Positions 40,092 to 55,252 of a stretch of DNA of 64,000 nt are shown one piece after another. The position numbers were made by a program, and so were the translations under genes. The notes below the pieces were generated by a model. That model worked only from the letters and a program-made list of their open reading frames with translations, did not search any database and was not told where the DNA came from. Location: positions 53,260,001 through 53,324,000 of the forward strand of contig CM052816.1 in NCBI GenBank assembly GCA_028534125.1. The letters run 5' to 3'. Numbering within the stretch: position 1 is the first letter of the stretch; the number at the start of each line of letters is the position of its first letter. The DNA is from Lama glama (taxonomy: Eukaryota).

Positions 40092-41437
40092 TGAATTCTG
40101 TTCTCATATCCCTTTGAACTATCACCACAGGGAGTGAGGGAGGAGAGTTGGTGGTGGAAAAGCTGATAAAAGATGCTCCCTGCTGCTTTGGGAGGCCCCA
40201 GGTGATTTTTACCTGCCCACACCGACCTCCTGCCTTCCTCTTTTTCCCTCACTCCCCCTCCTACTTGGTCTAGTATCTAGATTTGGATATAGCTGCTTTT
40301 GTGCTTTGACAGTTGGAAACACGACAGGTATCAGAGATAGGACATCCAGACTGGTAAGAATGAAAGCTTCCAAGTGTCTAGCAGAGCAGGGTAGGTGGGT
40401 CTTCTAAACCGAAGCCCTCCCTGATTGCATCAGTGGATGTGAGGGAGCCTCAGGCCTCTAGGCTAACACAGGATGTACCATAGTTACGCCTTCAGGTTCT
40501 GTAAGGAAGAGAAGAACCTTTTTTTGTTTTTCATGAAACATTTCTGCAGAGGCAGATGAAGGATTGGGTCACCTAGGGAAGTATCTCAGGTTTTAATCTA
40601 TAAAACAAGTTAAAATGTCATGGGGACACACTTATTATAGGGAATATAAAGAAATGGAGGAAACTGTGCTTTCTAGAGTTACACTTTGATAAGCTCGTTG
40701 GGCTAGGGAATGACTCCCCCCTCCTGCTCTTCAAAGAACACCTGGGTCCCCGTCACTACAACTGATTGCTAAATCGCCTTCTGCAGGAGCTGGGCCAGTG
40801 AGCTGAGGGCTTTGGTTTTGCTGAGTGGGCTCGGCATGTGTTTGGGCCTGCATGGAACAGCTCCGGATCCCAAAAGGATAGCTGATCTGCCACCTGGGAG
40901 CCTCCCTCTGTGCCCCTCCCCGACGCTGACAGCCTTTCCTCCAAATAAATGTTGAAGAAATATTTAAATAATTCCAGTTGGAGGGAGAACCTCAGTGTGG
41001 GCTGGCCCTGGGCACCCACATGTCCTAGTCTAGGTGAATCTGCAGGCCTCCATGCCACTGACCCAACCCACAGTCCAGAGGAAGAATGAGAAGCTGGCTG
41101 CCGTGTGGGAACATCACCAGTACGGGTGGAGGCCTTTGAGAAGCTGCCCTGTGGCCCTGCTTTCAATCCCAGTGCCAATTATGGCTGAGAAGACGATTGT
41201 CTTCCAAGACCCTGACTCTTTTCCCAGCATTCTAGCCCTCAGATATGTGTGGGATGGGGTTGAGGCATGAGGCCTGCATACCATTCCTTCCCTCCTGAGA
41301 GTTAAAAGGTGTCTAGAATCTTAGAGTAGTTTAATCCTTATCCCCAGGGTCCTGACATGACTTTGTAAACTCCCATTGCCCTCACCTGGGAGGATGGAGC
41401 ACTTTGATGGTTAATTGAAGGCTAAAAGCTCTCTCTT

Positions 41438-41535
41438 TTATTTATTAATTTTTTTTTAGTGGAGGTACTGGGGATTGAACCCAGGACCTTGTGCATGCTA
41501 AGCATGCGCTCTATCACTGAGCTATACCCTCCCAC
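41438..41535 (-). mobile_element. tRNA-Ala-derived SINE with TSD
   Basis: Near-intact tRNA-Ala(AGC)-like body plus A-rich tail; 16-bp TSD CTAAAAGCTCTCTCTT at 41422-41437 and 41536-41551. Confidence 0.9.
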
Positions 41536-41859
41536 CTAAAAGCTCTCTCTTGACAAACCAAGTTATTGTTGTTTGTTTTTTTTAAATTGTGGTTGTATTA
41601 AATGCTAATATGCATAAATTAAAATTTTCTACAAAGGTTAACTTTCATGATTTATTGTTTCAAGAAATAACATTATTATTCTCAGGAATATAATATAGTA
41701 GTATAATGGTATTCATCTACTGATAGTGAATATTAAGTTTAGATTTAAAAAGAAAGAAAATACTTTCCTAACAGGCTATCTTTAAATGTTAGCTGATTAA
41801 GAGATTTAAATCCCTTTAGAGCACATGTCAGGGCAGCCGTGGCATCTTGACCACAGTAG

Positions 41860-42072
<213 letters not shown>

Positions 42073-43149
42073 TGAGTATCTCCATGTCAGTCAACTTTTA
42101 TGAGAGAGTCATATATTTTAGATAAGTCTTGTCCTATAATCTCAGGCCAAAAATGGAAAATGGGGGAGAGGCAGAGAATTTTCTCCCTTTCATGACTAAT
42201 GAAACACAAGGAATAAAAATTTTCAGTCTTAAAACGTTGACTTGAATAGGTTTTAAAGATCTATACACAGAAAGGCAATAATTTCCTGGAATTTTCTCTT
42301 TGCATATTTCCTGCCATTTCCATTATTTGTGTCTCCTTTCATGCTGTGAATATTCAGATAGGTCTATTTGCCCCAGTTTTACAAGGATGTTTTCATAACA
42401 CAGTGTGACAAAGATATTTCAAATTATCAAATATATAATGTATCTGATACCATTTTCACCGTAATTCATGTTTGTTCAACATGATTTGCTTCTTTTCGAT
42501 TCCTCGGATTCCTTACTATTTAATTCCATTACCCATTTGATGTTTCATCTCTAATATTTGCCTCATTAATTTGGTGACTATTAATGTCAAGCCTACTTTA
42601 CTGTCATATCAGAATTTCTAATATTCTATTTTTCTTCCCCATTTTATTTGGCCATTTATTCAACTGATAGTTGATGATGCCAGCTGTGTGCCAGTTGGAG
42701 TACTAGGTGCTGGGCTACAGCTGAGGACATGGCAGTAAGTCTGGCCAGAGGCCCAAGGCTGGTTGGGGTGCTGTTCTTCTAGTACAAGAGAGAGGCTGGG
42801 TCTGAACTAAGGGGACAGCAGTGGGAACTGAGAGACAGGAGACAAAATTGTTTAGATTTGGTGATCGATTACATTAGGTCTTAAGGGAGAGAAAGAAATA
42901 GCAAATGACAGCCATCTTTCTAACTTGACTCCTGGTTGAATGCTGGGACCAAAGGGAGAAAGCACCAGGAAAATAATGAGTTCCATTTTTGACAGGTTGG
43001 GTTTGAAGTGTTGAGTTTAGGTCTTTGTAATATCCAGAGGGAGAAAATCAGATGGAGCTATGAGGCTGGAAGATCTCATGTAACTGAGGGCTTAGATAAT
43101 CACCTATGGAGTCCATATGTAGGCGTGTGCATGTGGGAGTGTTGCTCTT

Positions 43150-44805
43150 GTACATCATTTGTATATGTTCTTTGAAGAAATGTCTCTTTGTATACCTCGC
43201 CCATTTAAGAAATTGGATTATTTGTCTTTTTATTGCTGAGTTGTTGTTCTTTATATATTCCAGATGTAAGACCTTTTTCCAATACATGACCTGCACATTT
43301 TTTTCCCATTCTGTGGGTTTTTTCTTGGTGGTATCCATTGAAGCACAAAAGTTTTTAATTTTGATGAAGTCCAGAATGTGTTTTTTCTTTTTTTTTGAAT
43401 GTAATTTTGATATCATATATAAGAAACCATTTTTTAATACAAATTAATGTTAAGATTTCTACCTGTGTTTTCTTCTAAGAGTTTTAGTTTTAACTCTTAC
43501 ATTTAGGTCTTTAATCAATTCTGAGTTAATTTTTGTATATTATGTGAGGTAGGGTCCCAATTTCATTCTTTTGGGGATAGCGAGTTTTCCTAGCACCAAT
43601 TGCTGAAAAGACTATTCTTTACTGATTGAATTGTGTTGGCATCTGTGATATCTTTTTTTGTGATGCCACTTCTGAGTGTCCGGAAATTCAGTGCAGTTTT
43701 GATACTAACTCCCAGAGTTAGTGCAGACCCCACTAATTAAGGACTCAGTCCCACAAAACTGTTCCCACTTCAGAAGCCAGTTTCAACTTCCAGGGATCAC
43801 CTGTACTTCTGACTGACAGGCTACAGACTTCGAGGTTCCTACAACCCCCTCCTCAGGTTTGATAATTCACTAGAATGACTCACAGAACTCAGCAAAACCC
43901 TACTTACTTTTAGCTGTTTATTATATAGAATACAACTCAGGAACAGCCAAATGGAAGAGATGCACGGGACAAGATATGGGAGGGAAGCTTCCATGGTGCT
44001 GAGCTTCCATGCCCCCTCTGGTGGACAATCTTCCTAGCACATCAATGCGCTCACCAACCCAAAGGCTCTTTGAACCCTGTTGTTTAAGAGTTTTTTATGG
44101 AAGTTTCATTACATTTGCACAATTGATTAAATTATTGACCATTGGTGATTGAACTTCTGGTGACCAGCCTCTATTCTGAAGCTGTCTAGCCCCACTGCTC
44201 CCCTCTCCATTGAGTGGTATCATTAGCATACAAAAGAACATAAATTCCAAAAGGTTTTAGGAGCTCTGTGCCAGGAACTGGGGACAAAGTCCAAATATTT
44301 ATTTATTTTTATTATACCACAAAATCCTTGTCAAAAATCAATTCACCATATATGTATGGATTTATTTCTGAACTTTCAATTTTATTCCATTGATCTACAT
44401 GTTAATCGTTATGCCAGTACCACAGTGTCTTGATTACTACAGTTTTGTAGTAAATTCTGAAACTGGGAAGTGTGAATCCTCCAACTTTGTCCTTTTTCAG
44501 TATTGTTTTGGCTATTCTGGGCCTCTTATATTTTCATGTAAAATTTAGGACCAGTTTGTCAATTTCTGCAAAAAAACAAGCTAGGATTTTGGTAGGGATT
44601 GCATTAAATCTATAGATCAACTTGGGGAGTATTACCATCTTAACAATATTGAGTCTTCTGATTTATGAACATGGGATGTCTTTCCATTTATTTAGGACTT
44701 CTAAAATTTCTTTCAACAGTGATTTCTAGTTTTCAGGGTATGAGTTTTGCACTTTTTCTTTTTGCTTAATTTATTCCTGAGTATTTTATTCTTTTTGATT
44801 CTGTA
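43150..44805 (-). mobile_element. Old L1 ORF2 fragment split by an LTR
   Basis: Minus-strand ORF 43048-43416 has LDFIKIKNFCASMDT...PTEWEK. The L1 sequence continues across the LTR at 43644-44321. Confidence 0.8.
43644..44321 (-). mobile_element. Solo LTR, MER21-like
   Basis: TG...CA termini interrupting an L1. Internal ACCCCCTCCTCAGGTTTGATAATTCACTAGAATGACTCACAGAACTCAG recalled as MER21-family; TSD degenerate. Confidence 0.65.
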
Positions 44806-47765
44806 ATCAATCACTACATTATTGATTTAGTCAGCAAATATTTGCATATCATTGATTGTAAGCCGTGCTCTTTATCTGTGAGTAAGCAGACAGCATCCCT
44901 GGCCTCATATTTATACCTCAATGAAACACCTGTTACTAAGGAAATTAGAAAGTTGCTTTTTTTGGAATACCAGTTACTTATCACCTGGAAATTGTATCTA
45001 CTTGTGTGGGGCTGTTGTCGGACTCCTGCTGTCATTTCTGTGGGTAATTCTCCCAGGTTGCAGACATTGCGAGGTAAATGGGGAAGGTAACAGGTCGGGG
45101 CAGGCAAAGTGCTTCACTCTCTTTGAGCAGTTTGGCCTGACCCAGAAAGGCCTTCTTAGTATTTAAAAGTTGAGATTGTTAAGATATTTCTCATGTAACA
45201 TGATGGAATGCTCACATTGCTGCCCCTCCCAGCTAGTATCAGAGTCCATTCCATGGTTCTGAAGGCCAGTGGTTTCCATATCTGGCTGAGCACCAGAATC
45301 GTCTGAGGGCTTGTTAAAGGGCAGAATCTCTACTTTGTGGTTAGTTACATGTGTTTCATCCTCCTTTGCAGCTTATCTATGAAATTCCTATTATTTGTCA
45401 GTAGAATCTGTGAAGGATGTGTTGAACTGGAGAACCCACAGGCAGAGTCCCAGACACCCCTCCTATAGACTCTGATTCAGGAGTCTGGAGAGGGGCCCAG
45501 GGGTCAGCATTTCAGTGTCACCTGTTTTTCTGTTACAACCAGTCCAGAGAGTAGGTCATTGCAAACTCTACCTATATGCCAGCACTCATTTACCTTACAG
45601 ATTACCCTCAGTCAAAGCTGTTTTACTTTTATCCCACGTCTAACAAGTTATCCTGGTTCTAGGTGACTAACACAATGTACGCCAAAATGTTTAATGAGTT
45701 ATGCTGAATTGAATCTAGCTTTCCTGGCTTAGAACAGACTATACACAGCAAACTTAAAGAGAGGGGAGTGCTGTAAGGTGTAATACCTGGCAGTTTAACA
45801 GGAATCATAAAAAGGCAGATACCAACACTCAGAAAGCATAGCAGCTGGGCCACGTGGAAGACGCGGGTTCTGCAGATTAATGCTGGACATAGAAAAAGAG
45901 CCTAACTCTCCTCTCGTCATCAAGTTCCCTTTCACTTCCACTTCACACATTACTGCCTTCTGAAAATCTCATCAGTTGGGCAGCCACCCTCTGTTGTTGG
46001 TTATATAAGAGCCCAGAAGCCGCCATGTCTCGCTTGCCTACTAAGTGCCCTTAAATGCCAAGTCAGCTCTCCACCAGCACCCTAAAGAAAGCGTGCACAT
46101 GAGGAGACTAAAGCTCAGGGTGAGTCACCACTCGCTCAAGGTCACACAGCGAGTAGTGGCAAAACAAAAATCATACCCAGGTCTCTCTTACTCTTTGCTT
46201 TTATACTTTCCACCACTAAACCAAGGGCTCTCAATAGATGTTTCACAGCACTCAGTTGAATGGGATTTTACAGATAACTTGTTGATGATGGTTAGAAAGC
46301 TGAAGTGTGCCTTGTGAAAAGGGCAAGAACGTGCTGGTGTAGCAGTGAGCCACAAGAAACCGAAGCACAACCCTGGCTATGCCCAAGGAGTCTGCCAAGG
46401 ATGTGGATTCTCTCTGTTATGTGTGTCTTGGCTGGAAAAAGATTGAGAATTATTGAAGAGAAAATAAAGTCCAATAACAGGGAGTGTACCCGGGAGTCAG
46501 ATGACTGACTCTGTATCCTGAATCTGCACTTTATGGCTGTGTAACCTTTTTTAACCCCTGTGTGCAGGTTGGTTTTCTCATTGCTGCAACAGAGTTGCTA
46601 AAGTGTAAATCAGCTGGTACATGTTAGGCGGAAACAATGTCTAGTAAATGGTAAGCCCTCAAATTCAGTGGAACTTTATATAGTTTCAAGTCTTGTAAAC
46701 AGGATCTCTAGCTCTCAAAAATGGCAACTGTTGGATATCATACATGGGGACTGGTTAAATGGGTAAACATTTTAAGCATATAGCTCATATATATATATAT
46801 ATATTTTTTGGTTTCTTGAAACTTAATGAGATAGTTTTTGGGTAATTTAGATGAGCCATGTATCTTTTTAAAACTATCCAGAGACGTATAAATTGCTGCC
46901 TTTTTACTCTGCTTGAGCAATATCCTTATAACAAATATAGACATTCGTTTTTATAAAAGGGCAAAACTGGTATCTTGTTGTGGGAAAAGTTAGTTAACAT
47001 TTTCAGTCTTTGCTAAAGTCCTCCCATGCTCTTAGAAGAGCATGTGATTCTGGCTAAGTAACTGTTTTCTGGGATACTGGAATTTCTTGCATTTTGAGGT
47101 CCACTTGTGTGGCTCCTTTTCTTGGTCATCTCCCCATGATTCTCTGCTCATCCATTTCCTCAGAAGCTTCTCTTGACTTAACCTGCAGATGAACTCACAG
47201 TGGAGTCTTTCATCAGACAAGAGTGAGAGGATAGAACTGCTCGTGGGCAATGTCAAGCTGTGATCCCCCCATCTGACGTTAAAGTCTTCGCCAGTCATGC
47301 TCTTGGTTTTATAGCATCTTCATGTGGAAATAGAAAACAAGCCCACTCTTCCCATCAAGTCTGTAGGTGATGCTGCTTTGTCCGAATGCTTCTAGGATGA
47401 CGGCCCAAGATCCTTGCACAGAGGCCATCACTAAGGGGACCTGAAATAAACAGAGACTAAGAGATGGGCATACCGCTCTACAGTGTACATATTTCTCCTG
47501 CAAGGTTCCTATTAGTCAGGATAATCATAGCTCAAGAGGGCTGATGAGGTACCAACCACATCTGCCTGTTTGCTTCCTTTCCTCCAATTTCCTAAAGTAA
47601 GCATCCTTACTGGCTAAGACTCAGGCTATTTTGCTCTTGAAACTGGAAACTAACTATCAAGTCAGGCACATTTAGACACCTAATTTTTTTTTTGAGGAAA
47701 AAAATGATAGTATAAAGATTATATTGACTATGTGTTCTGAATAGCACAGAACACTCCAACTCTGA

Positions 47766-48041
<276 letters not shown>

Positions 48042-48259
48042 TAAATTTCAAAATTGACTTACAGCGTCTCTGACTCAAGATGCTTTTTATTCTGAGCATT
48101 GTGGAGGGGTGGTTAGGGATTCTAAAAAGCATGTGCCACTAAGACACAACAAGAAATCTATGTGAATGTTTGTATCTAATAAGAGGAATGCATCAGTGAT
48201 TTTAACTTTTAAATCTATTTTTACTCCACCCTTTGATGATCAATATAAATGACAGTTTT

Positions 48260-48650
48260 GTTTTTTGTTTTTTGTTTTTTTTAGTTTTTCTTTTGAAGTA
48301 TGGTTGATTTACAATGTGTTAGTTTCTGGTGTACAGCATAGTGATTCAGTTATACATACATATATTCTTTTTCACTATAGGTTATTAAAAGATATTGCAT
48401 ATAGTTCCCTGTGCTATGCATTAGGACCTTGTTGTTTATCTGTTTTCTCTCTAGTAGTTAGTGTGTACAAATACCAAATTCCCAATTTATCCCTACCCCA
48501 GCTTTGCTCACTGGTAACCATAAGTTTGTTTTCTATGTCTGTGAGCTTTTCTGTTCTGTAAATAAGTTCTTTTGTGTCATATTTTAGGTTCCACATATAC
48601 ATACTATCATATGGTATTTGTCTTTGACTTACTTCATTTAGTATGATAAT
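48260..48650 (-). mobile_element. L1 3'UTR fragment
   Basis: T-rich tail followed by antisense L1 3' end similar to 7340-7720. Confidence 0.8.
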
Positions 48651-48824
48651 ACAACTTTTGTTTTTTTAATGTCCATATATATGTGTATGTATATATGTAT
48701 ATATGCATACATGCACATATATATGCTTCTGGACTTTAAGTACTGTGTTTTCCATTTTCTGAATCCCTTCAAAGTATTTTAGTTTGGGTTATACACTATT
48801 TAGAGGATCGGTTTTCCTTTTCAG

Positions 48825-48978
48825 TTGGTTACCCTAAAGAAGAACGGTTTGCCGGGAGACCAACTCAGCGAGTCAGTGGGCTTTATAAAACCCTGGAGTC
48901 TAAGTGTTCCATGGGCTTCCATGCAGGCTGGGAGCAGCCACACTGGTTCTATAAACCAGGCCAGGACACTGGGTACAG
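48825..48978 (+). CDS. DMGDH: DMGDH exon 9
   Basis: ttcag|TT GGT...TAC AG|gtaagt; [51 protein letters not shown]. Confidence 0.97.
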
Positions 48979-50647
48979 GTAAGTAAGCGACTTAACCTGC
49001 CTGTGGCCTGACAGCCAAATGAAATTTGGGGGTAGAATGGAAGGACACCAGAGAAGTGTCATGTCCCCCTCCCATCCCATCACTCCACCCTATTCCAAAG
49101 ACCACTGAGCCTTTTCCCACAAAAATTCTTTTCTGGTAGTGGAGGCATTAGTTTATCCCACATGACACTGGCCCACATCCAGGACCCATGTGGCCTCAAG
49201 AGTCCTACAGCCAGCCCAGGTGAAGCCTCTGCTTGGCATTTTCCAGTTGCTCAGAGGAACCTTCCCCACCCTCTCCAAATCCCCACATGGCTTCAGGTGG
49301 CTCCTGAAGGTTTGTCCTGGTTTAGGATGCCTGGTCGAATCACATGGTATGGAAGCAGTGTGGAAATATGGATTTTCTATTTGTCAAGGGATATCTGAAA
49401 GCAACTGCTTTCTAGTGTATGTGCACTGAATCATGCAAATTATATGCACTGCTGATAAATTACAGGAAAATTAGCATAAAACATAAAACATGTCACTAAA
49501 ACAATTCTTTGAATTCCCCTAAAATTGTTACCATTGTTGTACTCGGATTACATGTCATTGTTGTACTTGGGATTAATAGTGATCATATATTTTTTCTCAT
49601 GAGAATCCACAAACCTAGGGAAAACAAATAGCAAACCTAGAAATTATGTTACCTTTTTAGAAACGTGTCATTTTGTTTAAACAGGTTTTGCTGCCTACTT
49701 TCAGACCAGATCTGAATGGTCCAAAGTGTGGTAGAGGCCCAGTTGTTGATTAATGAATGTGGACTCTGTAGGCAGCCAGTGGAGATTACCTGGGGGCAAA
49801 ATGCTAGTTTGGTTTTTCCTAAATGACCCAGATAAATGCGAGGTCTGTTCTTCAGCTTGTGCTGTTTGGACCTACCCTGTTTCTTTTACTATTTTAATAA
49901 TTAAACCACTGAAAACTCATTTTGCAGACTTAGCATCCTGCTCTGAAGTTAAAATACCACATTAAAAGTCCGCCCTGTGGAGTAGAAAGGACCCTGCATG
50001 ATGAGTCAGGAAACCTTTGTTCCAGGCCCAACTCCGTCATTAACTAATAGAAAGGTCTTAGAAGTCACTTTGTGCCTTTTCTCCAAAAAGTGAAGATGTT
50101 GGACCAGATCTTTGCTTAGTCCAGGTGTGGACCAACAGCATGACCATGTAACCTGGGAGTCTGTTAGGGTGCAGAACCTAGGGCCCCACCCCAGACCTGC
50201 TGCATCAGAATCTGCACCTTAACAAGTGTGAGTGATGTTGTATTTGCATAAATGTTTGAGAAGCACCAGACAAGGTAGCTCTACCTCCCCTGCCCCCATA
50301 TTCTGATTCAATTAGGACCCCCAAATTAGTATTTTTAAAATGCTCCCCTAGGTGATTATAATATGTGTAACAGGACTGGTTGACTTCTAGGCTCTTTTCC
50401 AGATCTGAGAGCCCATGTGTCCTATCTTACTGTCTAATTAAGTACTACTTCATTCACTATGAAGTGAGTCAGCGAATCGGTAATAACTTAAAAAAATCAG
50501 ATTCCAATATATGTGTGATTTGCAGAACAGGTTGCATTTTTCCCCCAAATGAGATTTTCTAGATGTATAGGCCTTATTAAAATATCCTGATTCTGTAATT
50601 TTCTGAAAATGAATGACTGTTGTTTTATGACAAACATTGTATTTTAG

Positions 50648-50813
50648 GCCAAGTTTTCGTCGCACAAACTGGTTTGAGCCTGTAGGCTCTGAGTATAAAC
50701 AGGTTATGCAAAGAGTAGGGGTGATTGACCTGTCACCGTTTGGCAAGTTTAACATCAAAGGCCAAGACTCCATCAAATTGTTGGACCATCTCTTTGCAAA
50801 TGTCATTCCCAAG
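50648..50813 (+). CDS. DMGDH: DMGDH exon 10
   Basis: tttag|G CCA...AAG|gtaaat; [55 protein letters not shown]. Confidence 0.97.
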
Positions 50814-51277
50814 GTAAATAACCTTATAGGGGTACAAGGTCCAGGATTCTGGCCTGCCTAATTCTCTATCCCCTCATTTTCAAAAAAATCAATGTGTTAT
50901 TTCAGTCCATGTAATGATTTCTGTATGAACATCAGAACTCTTCAACTGACCAGGGGTATTCTAGCTAATTTTCAAATTTAAATTTTTGTTGAATGAATTA
51001 TCATCTATGGACCTCATGACTTTGCTTAATTGTATCCATAGGAACTGCAAAATTGGCTGAAGTGTAATTACTATGACAAGTAATTATCATGATCATTGAA
51101 ACTGAAAATTTCTAAATTAATCTTGGGTTTAGGTTTATAGATAGTTCACATAATTGAAAGACAGAAGATTCAGCTGTTTCTCATTGTTAACACCCACATT
51201 TTTATTTTCATGTGGTGTTAAAAGGATACGTAAGATATCTATTTCATCCTGAGATAATTTAAAATTCTTTTGTGTAG

Positions 51278-51409
<132 letters not shown>

Positions 51410-52617
51410 TAAGTGTACGACTGGTTAGAAAATGTTCTATGAATTATATATTGACTCAATCTTGCGCTAAGATTTTCTTTTACCGGTAATTGAAAGTACA
51501 ACTTTAATTCTTAGACCTCTTTTTTTTAAATACATTTAATATCTTTTATAGGAGATTATTTGAAGTGAGGGCCCCTGTCCTATTTCCCTCCAATGGATAG
51601 TCCATCCGTAGGGTTTATTGGTTCTAAATAATATTAACTCCCATTTAGTAGCATCACCAATATGTCAGAACTCTTTCTACATATTATCTCAGTTAAGTCC
51701 CTTAACGGGCAAGGTATATGTTTGTCCTATTTTCAGATGAAGAAACTGAAGTTTGGGTTAAAGTAACTTGCTCAAGCCAGTCTTTTTGATTCTGATGCCC
51801 ACATTCAGTCCCCATCAGTGAACTGTACTCCCCTGCCAGGTTACCTCCTTCCTTTTTCATGCTTCGTGCTCTGTAGTCCACAGCTGCGTCTAAATGTTTG
51901 ACCTGCCAAATCGATCCTTCACATGAATCTTTAGTCTACTCTCAAATGTGTAGTCTTTAGTATTCCAAGAACATTTGGAATACTGTTTTATGAACATCTT
52001 ACTCTGACAGATTCTCATACCAGTTGTAAAATGATGCAAATTATATCATCCAACCCAAGATGTGTTGGGAACCATCTTTGTAGCTTAGCTTTGTGTAAAT
52101 CCAGATGATCATTTTATGATAGTCTTGTGTAGTTCCAGGGTCTGCTCAATAAATTATAAACAGACCCTACAACTGGGTTCCCATAACTCACCAAGGCTTA
52201 GAAATTGAAACTAGTCTTTAGAGTTTTTGTCTTTCCTTTGTGATTGTCAGAGCAAGTGTGTGTCTGGTGGCAGGCACATTGTTAACCTTTAGCAGCACAA
52301 GTGTGCCTCCTGTGTACAGGTATTAGAGAAAATCTGGGTTTAAATCCCATTTGCAAGATTGAATCATTAGTTTAAATGCAATAGGGCTGTCACTATTTAA
52401 AAGAACTGGATGGCAGAGCTCTTTAAATTGAAGGCTCCTTCTATACTGTGAAAAATTACCCACAAATTTACAAGAGAGTGGTTTAAAGAGAATCATTTAA
52501 CATCTCTGGGACTCAGTTTCCTCAACTTTAAAAATTAGGTGATTATATGAAATGACACTCTAGGGACCTTCTGGTAATTCTAGACGCAGAGCTTATCTTC
52601 AGAGAAATAATCTGTAA

Positions 52618-53070
<453 letters not shown>

Positions 53071-53310
53071 TAGTCTGAGGGAGTCGTTCCACAGATTTCT
53101 GGTTGTTGTTCCAGTCCCATAGCTAGCTGCCTACATTTAGAAAGGTAGCCAGGAAAGTGGGAAGAGGATGGCTGTTGGGATAGTCGGAAGGGCTGACAGA
53201 ATATGCAGGCCAGCTGATTCCATCTGGGAACATTCAAAATGGCCTCCCATAGAGTCTCCCATGGAGGATCATCTTGAATGTGTCAGGCACTGCACTTAAA
53301 ACATTACCAT

Positions 53311-53514
53311 TATCCTCAACACCCATTTATGATAAAAACTCTCGCCAAAGTGGGTATAGAGGGAACATATCTCAACATAATAAAAGCTATATATGACAAA
53401 CCTACAGCCAGCATAGTTCTCAACGGTGAAAAACTCAAAAGCTTCCCACTAAAATCTGGGACAAGACAAGGATGCCCACTATCACCACTCCTATTCAACA
53501 TAGTCCTGGAAGTC
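53311..53514 (+). mobile_element. L1 ORF2 reverse-transcriptase segment running into the gap
   Basis: Open frame [66 protein letters not shown]. Confidence 0.92.
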
Positions 53515-54014
53515 NNNNNNNNNNNNNNNNNNNNNNNNNNNNNNNNNNNNNNNNNNNNNNNNNNNNNNNNNNNNNNNNNNNNNNNNNNNNNNNNNNNNNN
53601 NNNNNNNNNNNNNNNNNNNNNNNNNNNNNNNNNNNNNNNNNNNNNNNNNNNNNNNNNNNNNNNNNNNNNNNNNNNNNNNNNNNNNNNNNNNNNNNNNNNN
53701 NNNNNNNNNNNNNNNNNNNNNNNNNNNNNNNNNNNNNNNNNNNNNNNNNNNNNNNNNNNNNNNNNNNNNNNNNNNNNNNNNNNNNNNNNNNNNNNNNNNN
53801 NNNNNNNNNNNNNNNNNNNNNNNNNNNNNNNNNNNNNNNNNNNNNNNNNNNNNNNNNNNNNNNNNNNNNNNNNNNNNNNNNNNNNNNNNNNNNNNNNNNN
53901 NNNNNNNNNNNNNNNNNNNNNNNNNNNNNNNNNNNNNNNNNNNNNNNNNNNNNNNNNNNNNNNNNNNNNNNNNNNNNNNNNNNNNNNNNNNNNNNNNNNN
54001 NNNNNNNNNNNNNN
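53515..54014. other. Assembly gap (exactly 500 N)
   Basis: N run. Confidence 0.99.
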
Positions 54015-55252
54015 GTTTTTATGGCTGAGTAGTATTCTATTGTATAAATATACCACCTCTTCTTTATCCAGTCATCTGTTGATGGACATTTAGGCTTTTC
54101 CCATGTCTTGGCTATTGTAAATAATGCTGCTATGAACATTGGGGTGCAGGTATCATCCTGAAGTAGGGTTCCTTCTGAATATATGCCCAGGAGCGGGATT
54201 CCTGGGTAATACGATAAGTCTATTCCTAGTCTTTTGAGGAATCTCCATACTGTTTTCCACAGTGGCTGCACCAAACTGCATTCCCACCAGCAGTGTAGGA
54301 GGGTTCCCCTTTCTCCCATTTGTGGAACTTTTAATGATGGCCATTCTGACTAGTGTGAGGTGATACCTCATTGTAGTTTTGATTTGCATTTTTCTGATAA
54401 TTAGCAATATTGAGCATTTTTTCATGTGCCTATGGGGCATTTGTATGTCTTCACTGGATAATTGCTTGCTAAGGTCTTCTGCCCATTTTTGGATTGGGTT
54501 TATTATTATTATTATTATTATTATTATAATAAGTTGTATGAGCTGGAATTTATATATTCTGGAAATTAAGCCCTTGTCAGTCTCATCTTTTGGCAATATT
54601 TTCTCCTATTCCATAGGTTGTCTTTTTGTTTTGCTTATAGTTTCCTTTGCTGTGCAAAAGCTTATAAATTTAATTAGGTCCCATTTGTTTATTTTTGCTT
54701 TTATTGCTATTGCCTGGGTAGACTGCCCTAGGCAAACATTGCTAAGATTTATGTCAAATAATGTTTTGCCTATGTTTTCTTCTAAGAGGTTTATAGTGTC
54801 TTGTCTTACGTTTAAGTCTTTAAGCCATTTTGAGTTTATTTTTGTGTATGGTGTAAGGGAGTATTCTAACTTCATTGATTTGCATGCTGCTGTCCAGTTT
54901 TCCCAACACCATTTGCTGAAGAGGCTGTCCTTATCCCATTGCATGTTCTTGCCTCCTTTGTCAGATTAACTGACCAAAAGTTTGTGAATTTATTTCTAGG
55001 CTCTGTGTTCTGTTCCATTGATCCGTATGTCTGTTTTTGTACCAGTACCATGGTGTTTTGATTACTGTAGCTCTGTAGTATTGTCTGAAGTCTGGGAGGG
55101 TTATTCCTCCTGCTTCATTCTTTTTCTTCACTATTGCTTGGCAATTCTGGATCTTTTGTGATTCCGTATAAATTTGAGGATTATTTGTTCTATTTCTGTG
55201 AAAAATGTCCTGGGTAATTTGATAGGGATGGCATTAAATCTGTAGATTGCTT
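54015..55252 (-). mobile_element. L1 ORF2 C-terminal region with its 3' end running into the gap
   Basis: Minus-strand ORFs [16 protein letters not shown]..., [12 protein letters not shown]..., [10 protein letters not shown]...TCTPMFIAALFTIAKTW...EYYSAIK; internal (TTA)n at 54501-54530. Confidence 0.92.

Noticed and set aside
41460..41535. Candidate tRNA-Ala(AGC) gene (also 56845-56917)
   Set aside because: Followed by an A-rich tail rather than a T-run terminator, has acceptor-stem mismatches, is flanked by a TSD and is multi-copy, so it is a SINE.
53278..54319. Long ORFs of 186-274 aa
   Set aside because: They are L1 ORF2 fragments joined artificially across the N gap.
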